Shown here piece after piece: positions 50,950 through 59,330 of a stretch of 64,000 bases of DNA. The position numbers and the translations under genes were made by a program. The notes under the pieces were generated by a model. That model was not told where the DNA came from. It saw only the letters and a list, made by a program, of their open reading frames with translations, and searched no databases. This DNA is from an uncultured delta proteobacterium (GTDB lineage: Bacteria > Myxococcota_A > UBA9160 > SMWR01). The DNA is taken from assembly GCA_963832165.1 (NCBI GenBank), contig CAWHTE010000002.1, forward strand, positions 429,484 through 493,483, given 5' to 3'. Each line of letters starts with the position of its first letter. Positions within the stretch are counted from its first letter, which is position 1.

Positions 50950-52599
50950 ATGGGGATGGTGACCGGTTCGAGCTCACGGGAGACCCTGTTCGGGCACCCG
51001 GTCGGGCTCTACACGCTGTTCTTCGCCGAGATGTGGGAGCGCTTCTCCTACTACGGAATGCGCGCGCTCCTGATCTTCTACATGATCAAGGGGTTCCTCG
51101 GCATGAACGACGGCCGCGCCTACGCGGTCTACGGCGCGTACACCGCGCTCGTCTACGCGACGCCGTTCCTGGGCGGAATGCTCGCGGACCGCCTGCTCGG
51201 CGCGCGCCGCGCCGTGGTGTGGGGCGGCCTGCTCATGGCGGCCGGCCACGCGACGATGACGATCGAGCGCCCGTGGGCGTTCTACGCCGCGCTCGCGCTG
51301 CTGATCTGCGGCAATGGATTCTTCAAGCCCAACATCTCCACGATCGTCGCGGAGCTCTATCCGCCCGGCGACACGCGCCGCGACGGCGGCTTCACGCTCT
51401 TCTACATGGGCATCAATCTCGGCGCCGCGCTGTCGCCGCTCGTGTGCGGCTACATCGGCGAGACCTACGGCTGGCACTACGGCTTCGGCCTCGCGACGCT
51501 CGGCATGCTCACGGGCGTGGCCGTGTTCGTGGCGCCCGTGCGCGTCACGCAGGTGCTGATCCTGGGTGGAGCGCTCGCCACGAGCGGATCGCTGTTCTTC
51601 CTGCAGAACAACGCCTATCAGCTCGCCGTGAACGCGTTCGTGTCACTGTCGCTCGCAGCAGCGGCCATGATCGCGGCGACTGCGCTCGGGCGCGGCGGAT
51701 TGCCCGCCCACGTGGGGCGACCGCCGCCCGCGGCGGCCGGGCGATCCGTGGCGCCCGTGGCCGTGGGCGTGGTGGTCGCGCTGCCGCTGATCGCCCTGTG
51801 CGTACACCGCAGCGAGATCGCGGGCGTCGTGCTCGCGCTGTTCGGCGGCGGGGCGCTCGCATACCTCTTGTTCGAGGCGCTGCGCTGCGAGCGCGTCGAG
51901 CGCGAGCGGCTGTTCGTGGCGCTCGTGCTGATGTTCTTCTCGATGCTGTTCTGGGCGTTCTTCGAGCAGGCCGGCAGCTCGATCAACAACTTCACCGACC
52001 GCAACGTCGACCGCGCGCTCGGAGCCGGCGCGGTGATCCCGGCCTCGACGTTCCAGGCCTCGAATCCCGTGTTCATCCTGTTGTTCGGGCTCGTGTTCAC
52101 CGCGCTGTGGACGTGGCTCGCCGCGCGCCGCGCCGAGCCGAGCACGCCCGTCAAGTTCGCGCTCGGCCTGCTCCAGCTCGGGCTCGGCTTCGGCGCGCTC
52201 TGGGTCGGCGCGCAGACCGCGGACGCGAGCGGGATGGTGAGCGCCGGATGGCTCCTGCTCGGCTACCTGCTGCACACGACCGGCGAGCTGTGCGTCTCGC
52301 CGGTCGGGCTCTCGATGGTCACGCGCCTCGCGCCGGCGCGGATCGTCTCCACGTTGATGGGCGGCTGGTTCCTGGCCACCGCGTTCTCGCAGTATCTGGC
52401 CGGGCTGATCGCGCAGCTCACGGGCGTGCACAGCGAGGAAGGCGCCGCGCAGGTCGTGCCGTCGCCGAGCACCACGGTCCACCTCTACGGCGACGTGTTC
52501 GGGCAGATCGCCGTCAGCGCCGTGATCGCGGCGGCGGTCTGCTTCGCGCTGGCGCCGCTGCTCGTCCGGTGGATGCATCGCGAAGCGCGGGAGACCTGA
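50950..52599 (+). CDS. POT/PTR family peptide transporter
   Basis: EMWERFSYYGMR, GFFKPN, FYMGINLG, GELCVSPVG. Confidence 0.95.
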   Translation: MGMVTGSSSRETLFGHPVGLYTLFFAEMWERFSYYGMRALLIFYMIKGFLGMNDGRAYAVYGAYTALVYATPFLGGMLADRLLGARRAVVWGGLLMAAGHATMTIERPWAFYAALALLICGNGFFKPNISTIVAELYPPGDTRRDGGFTLFYMGINLGAALSPLVCGYIGETYGWHYGFGLATLGMLTGVAVFVAPVRVTQVLILGGALATSGSLFFLQNNAYQLAVNAFVSLSLAAAAMIAATALGRGGLPAHVGRPPPAAAGRSVAPVAVGVVVALPLIALCVHRSEIAGVVLALFGGGALAYLLFEALRCERVERERLFVALVLMFFSMLFWAFFEQAGSSINNFTDRNVDRALGAGAVIPASTFQASNPVFILLFGLVFTALWTWLAARRAEPSTPVKFALGLLQLGLGFGALWVGAQTADASGMVSAGWLLLGYLLHTTGELCVSPVGLSMVTRLAPARIVSTLMGGWFLATAFSQYLAGLIAQLTGVHSEEGAAQVVPSPSTTVHLYGDVFGQIAVSAVIAAAVCFALAPLLVRWMHREARET

Positions 52600-53439
52600 T
52601 TGCCCGCGCGTACTGCCACCCGGCGCCGGCGGACCCAGGCGCGCCGGCGCAAGCACCGCCTGGTGCCGAGCGCGCGCACGCGCCGGCGCGCACTGCGCGC
52701 GCTGCGGCGCCAGACGCCTTGGGTGCAGATCGCGATCGGCTTCGCCGTGACGGTGGTGATCTGGGCGGCCGTGAACGGCATCTACCAGGTCGTCCGCAAG
52801 CCGACCGAGCTGTTCTTTCCCGTGAGCGGAACGCTCTTCAAACGGCCCGCCGAGACCTGGAGCGAGTACGAGGCGATCTTCCGCAAGCATGCCACCGATG
52901 CGATCAGCGCGGAGTTCCTGGCCGCCCTCGCGCAGGTGGAGGCATCGGGCAATCCGATCGCGCGCACCTACTGGCGCTGGTCGTGGAGCCTCGACCCGCT
53001 CGCCGTGTATCGCCCCGCGTCGAGCGCGGTCGGCATGTACCAGATCACCGACGGCACGTTCGAACAGGCGCGGCGCTTCTGCATCCACGACCACGTCGTC
53101 GTGATGGACGGGCCGTGGCACGCGTGGCGCTCGTGCTGGTTCAACTGGCTCTACTTCCGCGTCGTGCCGAGCCACGCCGTCGAGATGACCTCCGCGTACC
53201 TCGACCGCGCGGTGGCCGGCACCCTCGAGCGGCATGGGATCCGCCGCGCTACGCGGACGCAGAAGCAGAATCTCGCCGCGCTGATCCACCTATGCGGTGC
53301 GGGCACGGGCGAGGGCTATGCGCGCCGCGGGCTGCGCGTCTCACCGGGCCAACGCTGCGGCGACCACGGCGCCGGCTACTACATCAAGCGCGTAGACGAG
53401 ATGAAGCGCGTGTTCGCGAAGCTCGCGGCCCGGTCGTAG
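52600..53439 (+). CDS. Lytic transglycosylase (SLT) domain protein
   Basis: AQVEASGN catalytic Glu, AVGMYQI; start uncertain. Confidence 0.8.
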   Translation: MPARTATRRRRTQARRRKHRLVPSARTRRRALRALRRQTPWVQIAIGFAVTVVIWAAVNGIYQVVRKPTELFFPVSGTLFKRPAETWSEYEAIFRKHATDAISAEFLAALAQVEASGNPIARTYWRWSWSLDPLAVYRPASSAVGMYQITDGTFEQARRFCIHDHVVVMDGPWHAWRSCWFNWLYFRVVPSHAVEMTSAYLDRAVAGTLERHGIRRATRTQKQNLAALIHLCGAGTGEGYARRGLRVSPGQRCGDHGAGYYIKRVDEMKRVFAKLAARS

Positions 53440-53558
53440 GGCGGATCGTAGGGCGGGAGAAGCGAGCGAAGCGAGCGCATCCCGCCATCGCATCCCGCCA
53501 TCGGAGGGAACGCGGCGCCGCGGAAGGCGGGATCCGCCTTCCGCTCCTCCCGCCCTAC
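53436..53558. repeat. Inverted GTAG-type REP doublet (REPIN/BIME-like)
   Basis: GTAGGGCGG at 53436 and 53448, inverted CCCGCCCTAC ending 53558; duplicated GCATCCCGCCATCG. Confidence 0.88.
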
Positions 53559-55429
53559 AAGGAGCGGAGCCGCAACGCGGCGAGCAGCGCGGCGCCGCTC
53601 ATGATCGCGAGCGCCCGAGCTGGCTCGGGCAATGCCTGGAAACGCCGGTGGGTTTGAGCGCCCGCGCCATCCGTGACCACGACGTCGGCGAAAGCGCCCT
53701 CGACCGGCGCCGAGAAGCTGCCGTCGGGCGCGACCGCGGCCGACGCGCCGTTGATCGTGACCGAGACCGAGGACGACGCGAGCTCGGCAGTCGGCGCGTA
53801 GGTCGCCGTGCGCAGGGTTGCGACGAGGAAGTAGGCGTCGAGCCGATTCTCCTCGACGAACGGCGGGCCAAGCGGAACGAACAACCGGTCTCCGTAGACG
53901 TTGGGCGGGTTGCCGTCGTCACGGTTTCGCATGCCCGCGAGCGCCTGCAGGTTCGCCTGTGCCTCGGAGAGATCGGCCGGCGGCTGCGCGACGCCCTGCA
54001 TCACACCGTCGCTGAGCGCGCCCGAGAAATCGGGCCGCGTGCGCGCGAGCAGTGCCGTCGTCTCGAGCGCGTTGTCGGCGTTGAAGCCCAGGCGGGCGAG
54101 CCAGGACCCCGCGCACTCCTCCGAGGCGGACTGGAACCCGAACGCGCAGTCGAGGTCGCGCACGAGCTGGGGCTCGAAGCCGGCGCGAATCCCGTCGGGC
54201 GCGAGCACGGTCGCCGCGAGCTCGGCGACGAGCGGCGCGTGCGCAGCGGGCCAGTCGGGCGTGTCGAGTGCGAACAGGAACGCGTTGCGCAGTGCCGAGA
54301 AGCGAACGGCCTCGGTGCGGTCGAGCGCGGTCGAGCGCACGTTCTCGATCATGTGGCCCAAGAGCTCGCGCGGCGCCGCGGTATCCGCGAGCGCATGGCG
54401 CGGCGCGAACTCCGCGAGCGAGGCCTCGAATGAGGCCTCGCGGTCGTAGGTGGACGGATTCGAGAGGTAGTCCGCGATCGTGAACAGCGGGATCTCGTTC
54501 GCGACCACCTGGTGCGATGGATTCGCCGCGATGCCGGCGAGGCAGTCGGGCAGGTCGGCCGCGCGGCCCGCGTAGGGTCCCACCATGAGCTTGGGCGTCA
54601 CCGCGTAGTCGTTCACGGGGAAGTTGTCCCAGAGCAGCGGCTTGCGACCGATCGCTGCGGCGAACCCGTTTGCCTCCGCGCACGAGATCGTGGGCGACAC
54701 CACGAGCACGCCGGTCCACATCACGATCATCGCGGGGTCGGCCGTGAGCGTCGCGCGCAGGCCTTCGAGGTAGGGCGTGGTCGTGATGCCGAAGTAGTCC
54801 GCGGGCACCGTGATCAGCCGGAACTCGCTCCCCTCGGCGGCCGCGCGCGCGCCGTAGTGCTCGAACAGCCGGTTCAGGAGGTCGCCGTTCATCACGCCGT
54901 AGGCGTAGTCGCCCTCGCCGTAGGCGGCCGCGTCTTCAGGATGCGTGGAGATCTTGATCACGTCGTCGAACGAGACCATCAGCGTGCGCGCGCCGATGTC
55001 CCAGAACTGGTCGAGCTTCGCGACGAGTACCGCGAAGTCGGCGGGGCACGAGAAGCAGATGTCGACGTCGTGGGTCTGCGCGGCCTCGATCAGCGGCTGG
55101 CCCGGCGAGACCGACGGCACCCACGCGAGCTCGCTGCCCGCGAGCGCGATCTCCGCGGCGAACTGGTCGATCTCGGTCTGCGGATAGGGCGAGCGCCACT
55201 GCAGGCGCTGATAGGGATCGTTCTTGGGCGCATGGATGTAGAGGTTCATGTCGTGGTCGAGCATCCACTGCAGGAACTCGAGCCGCGCCGCGGCGGGCCA
55301 CGGCGGCCCGTAGAAGCCCTCGATCACACCGCGATAGGCGAAGCCCGCGGCCGCGGCGGGCAGCGTCGCGCTCGCGCAGAGCAGTACGACAAGACCAGTC
55401 ACGAGCGCGCGAAGGCGGGGAGTCGTCAT
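53555..55429 (-). CDS. GH84 beta-N-acetylglucosaminidase-like protein with PEP-CTERM signal
   Basis: RGVIEGFYG.PW, YIHAPKND, SFDD catalytic pair, MWTG, WDNFPVND; tail LPEPARALAIMSGAALLAALRLR. Confidence 0.9.
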   Translation of the reverse strand: MTTPRLRALVTGLVVLLCASATLPAAAAGFAYRGVIEGFYGPPWPAAARLEFLQWMLDHDMNLYIHAPKNDPYQRLQWRSPYPQTEIDQFAAEIALAGSELAWVPSVSPGQPLIEAAQTHDVDICFSCPADFAVLVAKLDQFWDIGARTLMVSFDDVIKISTHPEDAAAYGEGDYAYGVMNGDLLNRLFEHYGARAAAEGSEFRLITVPADYFGITTTPYLEGLRATLTADPAMIVMWTGVLVVSPTISCAEANGFAAAIGRKPLLWDNFPVNDYAVTPKLMVGPYAGRAADLPDCLAGIAANPSHQVVANEIPLFTIADYLSNPSTYDREASFEASLAEFAPRHALADTAAPRELLGHMIENVRSTALDRTEAVRFSALRNAFLFALDTPDWPAAHAPLVAELAATVLAPDGIRAGFEPQLVRDLDCAFGFQSASEECAGSWLARLGFNADNALETTALLARTRPDFSGALSDGVMQGVAQPPADLSEAQANLQALAGMRNRDDGNPPNVYGDRLFVPLGPPFVEENRLDAYFLVATLRTATYAPTAELASSSVSVTINGASAAVAPDGSFSAPVEGAFADVVVTDGAGAQTHRRFQALPEPARALAIMSGAALLAALRLRSL

Positions 55430-55503
55430 TGCCGCGCGATCCTATCAGAGAGCGGCACGCCAATAGTTCGAGGTGCGAATCACCGGAGAAAGATCTCGCG
55501 CGA

Positions 55504-55520
55504 TTGGCATAACAAGTGCT
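55504..55520 (+). promoter_or_regulatory. Possible sigma54 -24/-12 element
   Basis: TTGGCATAACAAGTGCT has GG-N10-GC spacing; target unclear. Confidence 0.3.
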
Positions 55521-55651
55521 GACAAGCGAGCTCGGGAGGCCGCTCCAGCGCTGTCGAAGAGGCTGGTGAGGGAAGGGTGGCACGCCCGCCAATACCCTTC
55601 TGGGTTCCCACCGTCCCGCGCGCCTGATCTTCTCATGCTTCGGCGCGAATT

Positions 55652-55684
55652 TATCTTGACGAATATAAAGATAGCCCTTATCAT
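55652..55684 (+). promoter_or_regulatory. Sigma70-type promoter of transposase with overlapping palindrome
   Basis: TTGACG (55656)-17 bp-TATCAT (55679); TATCTT-N10-AAGATA at 55652-55673. Confidence 0.7.
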
Positions 55685-56380
55685 ATGATCGTGAGACGGG
55701 AACCCGAACAGCTCGAGCTCGATCGCCGCCGCTGGGGCGGGCGAAGACCCGGGGCGGGCCGCAGGCCCGGCTCGAATCCGCGATTGCGACACCGATCTCG
55801 TGAGCCGTTCGGGAGAGGGATTCCCTGCCACGTCACGTTGAAGGTGCGAAAGGACGTGCCGTCGCTGCGCAGCGTGCGGTTCGTGCGCGAGATCGAAGAG
55901 ACGTTCGCCCGCGGCTGCGAGCGCGGAGAGTTCCGGCTCGTCCACTACTCGCTCCAGAGCGATCACGCGCATCTGATCGTAGAAGCCACGGATCGCCATG
56001 CGCTCGGGCGCGGAATGAAGGCCCTGGGTTGCCGTCTGGCCAAGGCCATCAATCGGACCTTCCACCGCTCCGGACCGGTGCTGGCCGACCGCTACCACGT
56101 GCGTGTGCTCAAGACCCCGCGCGAGGTGCGGAATGCGCTGGCGTACGTGCTGCTGAACGCTCGCCGGCATGCTGCCAAGGCCGGTCGCGCGCTTTCGCGC
56201 GCAAGCGGAATCGATCCGGCGTCGTCGGGAAGGTGGTTCGACGGCTGGAGGCGCGCTCCTGCCTACCTCGTGCATTCTTCATCGAAGGAGCCAGCGGTCT
56301 CACCTGCCCACTCTTGGCTACTAAGCCAGGGTTGGCGGCGTCGAGGGCTGCTGGATCCGGACGAGGTTCCCGGAACGTGA
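55685..56380 (+). CDS. Y1 HUH transposase (IS200/RAYT-like); start may be GTG 55691
   Basis: HVT, DHAHLIVE (HUH), DRYH, AYVLLN catalytic Tyr; no tnpB. Confidence 0.88.
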   Translation: MIVRREPEQLELDRRRWGGRRPGAGRRPGSNPRLRHRSREPFGRGIPCHVTLKVRKDVPSLRSVRFVREIEETFARGCERGEFRLVHYSLQSDHAHLIVEATDRHALGRGMKALGCRLAKAINRTFHRSGPVLADRYHVRVLKTPREVRNALAYVLLNARRHAAKAGRALSRASGIDPASSGRWFDGWRRAPAYLVHSSSKEPAVSPAHSWLLSQGWRRRGLLDPDEVPGT

Positions 56381-56498
56381 TCTCCGGGTCGCGCCCCCGC
56401 CCGCTGCCCGGCGCGGGCGCCTGCCCCCGTTCCCTCTCTTCCCTCCAAAGCCTCTTCCGCAGCGCTGGAACGGCCTCGTGGGCTTTGGCCGGCGCCGA

Positions 56499-57566
56499 CT
56501 AATAGAGCTTGATGATCGTGCGCCCGACCGTCTCGCGATTCGCCATCGCCTCGATCGCCGCCGGGAGATCCTCGAACTCGACCACGCGCCCGATCACGGG
56601 CTTCACCTGCTTCGCCAGCACGAGATCCGTGATCTCGCGCGTGATCCGCGCGCCCAGCTCGTCGGATGCGAAGTTCCAGCCCATTCCCTTCTTCATCATC
56701 TGCGCGAGCGCGGGCGGTGCATAGGAGAGCAGCACGCCGCAGAGCTTGAAGTTTCCCGCCGAGATCTGCCGCGGCACGATCAGCTTCTCGTCGACGTACT
56801 TCTTGTCGGACGCGAATCCCATCATCAGATAGCGCCCGTTGTAGGCGGTGCACTTGAACGACTTCTCCATCACCGCTTCGCCGACGTTGTCGAACACGAC
56901 GTCGACACCGCGGTTGCCGGTCTCCTCGAGCACGATCGGCGCGAAGTCCTGCTCGCGATAGTCGATCGCGACGTGGGCGCCGAGCTCGCGGCACAGCGCG
57001 ACCTTCTCCGCGCCGCCCGCGGTCGCGATCACGCGCGCGCCCGCGTGCACCGCGAGCTGGATCGCGGCCGATCCGGATCCGCCCGCGGCCGCGTGGATCA
57101 GCACCGTCTCGCCCGAGCGCAGCTCCGCGCGGTCGAACAGCCCGAGCCAGGCGAGGTGGAACGGGAAGTAGAGCGCGGCTGCATCGGGCAGCGGGATCGC
57201 CTCGGGCATCGCGAACGCGGACACGCCCGCGCAGATCGCGTACTCGGCGAAGCCGCCGTGCGCGCCCTTCGGCATCGCGACCACGCGCTCGCCCAGGCGC
57301 GCCTCGGCGCCCGCACCGCACGCGTCGACGATGCCCATCACCTCCATGCCCGGGCTGTAGGGCAGCTCGGGCCGCACCATCATGTTGCCGCCCGTGATCC
57401 GCTCGAGATCGTTCAGGTTGAGCGGGATCGCCTGTACGCGCACGCGCAGCTCGCCGGGCCCCGGCGCGGGAATCGGAACGCGGTCGAGCGCGAGCACTTC
57501 GAGCGGCGGCCCGTAGCGGTGGGTGCGCCAGGCCCTCATCGTGCCGCTGCTGCTCGCATTGCTCAT
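56499..57566 (-). CDS. NADPH:quinone oxidoreductase (MDR)
   Basis: PYSPGMEV, GGFAEY, AAAGGSG. Confidence 0.92.
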   Translation of the reverse strand: MSNASSSGTMRAWRTHRYGPPLEVLALDRVPIPAPGPGELRVRVQAIPLNLNDLERITGGNMMVRPELPYSPGMEVMGIVDACGAGAEARLGERVVAMPKGAHGGFAEYAICAGVSAFAMPEAIPLPDAAALYFPFHLAWLGLFDRAELRSGETVLIHAAAGGSGSAAIQLAVHAGARVIATAGGAEKVALCRELGAHVAIDYREQDFAPIVLEETGNRGVDVVFDNVGEAVMEKSFKCTAYNGRYLMMGFASDKKYVDEKLIVPRQISAGNFKLCGVLLSYAPPALAQMMKKGMGWNFASDELGARITREITDLVLAKQVKPVIGRVVEFEDLPAAIEAMANRETVGRTIIKLY

Positions 57567-57597
57567 CGTCGCCTCCTTGCGCGGGTGCCGCGCAACT

Positions 57598-58800
57598 CTA
57601 GTTCGCGAACAGCGCGATCGCGCGGCCCTCGGCGTTGCGCGGCGGCTCGATGCCGAGAACGCGCGCGACCGTCGGCGCCACGTCGATCATGCGCACGGCG
57701 TCGAGCTTCGCGCCGGCCGGCACGCCGCGCCCGAGCGCGAGGAAGATGGCCGCCATGTCGGGGTGCTCGGGTGGATAGCCGTGCATGCCGAGCGCGCCGC
57801 GGCCGAGGATCCCGCTGCTCATGAAGGTGTAGGGGGGCTCCGCGCGCACCACGAGATCGCCCGTGCGAGTCGGGTGGGAGAGATGCAGCGACGCCGGCAG
57901 CGCCTCCCGTCGATCGACGCGCACGCCCTCGAGGCCCGCTAGCAAGCGCTCGGCGCGCTCGAGATCCGCGGGGCTCTCGAGAAATACGTGCGCCACCGTC
58001 GAGCTCGGCTCGACGTGCGCGCGGATCTTCGAGCTGCGCAGCGCGCGCTTGAGCGGCACGCTCTTCCCGACGCGGGTCATGCCGTGGTCGCTCACCACGA
58101 ACAGCGTCGTGTGACGCCAGGCGCCGCGCGCGTCGAGCCCCGCGAGCAGCGCGCCGAGCTGGCGGTCCTGGCCCGCGAGCTCCTTGGCCACGTCGGGATG
58201 GTCGGGACCCTCGTCGTGGCCCGCGTGATCGGCGCCGCGCCAATAGCTCATCACGAGCCGCGGGCGGTCGGGGGCGGGGAGGTCGAGCCAGGAGAAGATG
58301 CGCGCCACCTTCTTCGCTTCGCCGACCTTGCCGTCGAACGGCGCCTCGCGATGGCGCGCCCCGACGCCGCGCCAGTCGGTCTCGGATCCCACCCAGAAGA
58401 AGACCGCCGCGGGCACGCCCTGGCGTTCGGCCGCGGCCCACAGCGGCTCGGCTTCGATCCAGCTCGTGTCGTTCGAATAGTCGAAGCGCTCGCGGCGCAC
58501 GCGATCCCAGAACCGGTTGTCGACGATGCCGTGCACCGCGGGCGTGGCGCCCGTGGCGAGCGACACGTGTCCCGGAAACGTATTCGAGGGATACACCGGA
58601 ATGAGACGGGCCGCGCGCAGACCCTCGCGTGCGATGCGCTCGAACGCGGGGAAGGAGCGGCGGTCCAGATAGTCGTGTCGCACGCCGTCGAGCGAGAGCA
58701 CGATCACGGTCGGCGGTGCGGGATCGGCCGCGCGCGCGGTGCCTGCGAGCGCGACCCACACCGCGAGCGCAGCGATGCGCAGGGTCGCTCGAACGCTCAC
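57598..58800 (-). CDS. Nucleotide pyrophosphatase/phosphodiesterase (alkaline phosphatase superfamily)
   Basis: SLDGVR, PSNTFPGH, DHAGH, SDHGM, GMHGY. Confidence 0.93.
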   Translation of the reverse strand: MSVRATLRIAALAVWVALAGTARAADPAPPTVIVLSLDGVRHDYLDRRSFPAFERIAREGLRAARLIPVYPSNTFPGHVSLATGATPAVHGIVDNRFWDRVRRERFDYSNDTSWIEAEPLWAAAERQGVPAAVFFWVGSETDWRGVGARHREAPFDGKVGEAKKVARIFSWLDLPAPDRPRLVMSYWRGADHAGHDEGPDHPDVAKELAGQDRQLGALLAGLDARGAWRHTTLFVVSDHGMTRVGKSVPLKRALRSSKIRAHVEPSSTVAHVFLESPADLERAERLLAGLEGVRVDRREALPASLHLSHPTRTGDLVVRAEPPYTFMSSGILGRGALGMHGYPPEHPDMAAIFLALGRGVPAGAKLDAVRMIDVAPTVARVLGIEPPRNAEGRAIALFAN

Positions 58801-59174
58801 CGGACGCGCTCCTGCCGCGCGGGCCGCTCGAACTCCCAGCCGAGGAACGTGCGCAGATCGTCGGCCGTATCGTCGGCGACCACGCGCACGGCCGCGCTCG
58901 GGTCGTGCAGCGCGACGTCCACGAGTCGGCGCACGCGTCCCGGGTCGAGGCGTCCGAATCGGCGCGCGAGGTGGCCGAAGCTCGCGATCGCGCCCGCGCG
59001 CACGCCCGCGCTGCGGTGGCGCGCGAGCTGAATGGCGCAGCTCTGGGCCCACTCGAAGGGCTCGCCCGAGAGCCCCACCTCGAGCGCGAGGTCGGCGAGC
59101 TCGGCGGGGTCGTCGAGCTCGATTGCCGCCTCGATCCGGGCGCGGAACACCGCGTCGTTACGGGCATTTCCCAT
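58797..59174 (-). CDS. Small HEAT-repeat-like protein
   Basis: VRAGAIASFGHLAR..ALHDPSAAVR..A; GTGA coupling to next gene. Confidence 0.65.
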   Translation of the reverse strand: MGNARNDAVFRARIEAAIELDDPAELADLALEVGLSGEPFEWAQSCAIQLARHRSAGVRAGAIASFGHLARRFGRLDPGRVRRLVDVALHDPSAAVRVVADDTADDLRTFLGWEFERPARQERVR

Positions 59175-59330
59175 CGCCGCGACGCTAGCAGCCCGATTCC
59201 GCCCGCGTGAGAAGGTTCGCGGGGGGGCGGATCGGCAGATCGGGTCCGGGCGCGTGCAGATTTCGTGCAAGGAGGCGTACAGCCCGGAGCACCTGGCGCC
59301 GATAAAGGGTTGGCTGTGAAAGGAAAGATC

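Noticed and set aside
53436..53558. Possible CRISPR-like repeats
   Set aside because: No regular repeat-spacer periodicity and no cas genes; REP doublet explains it
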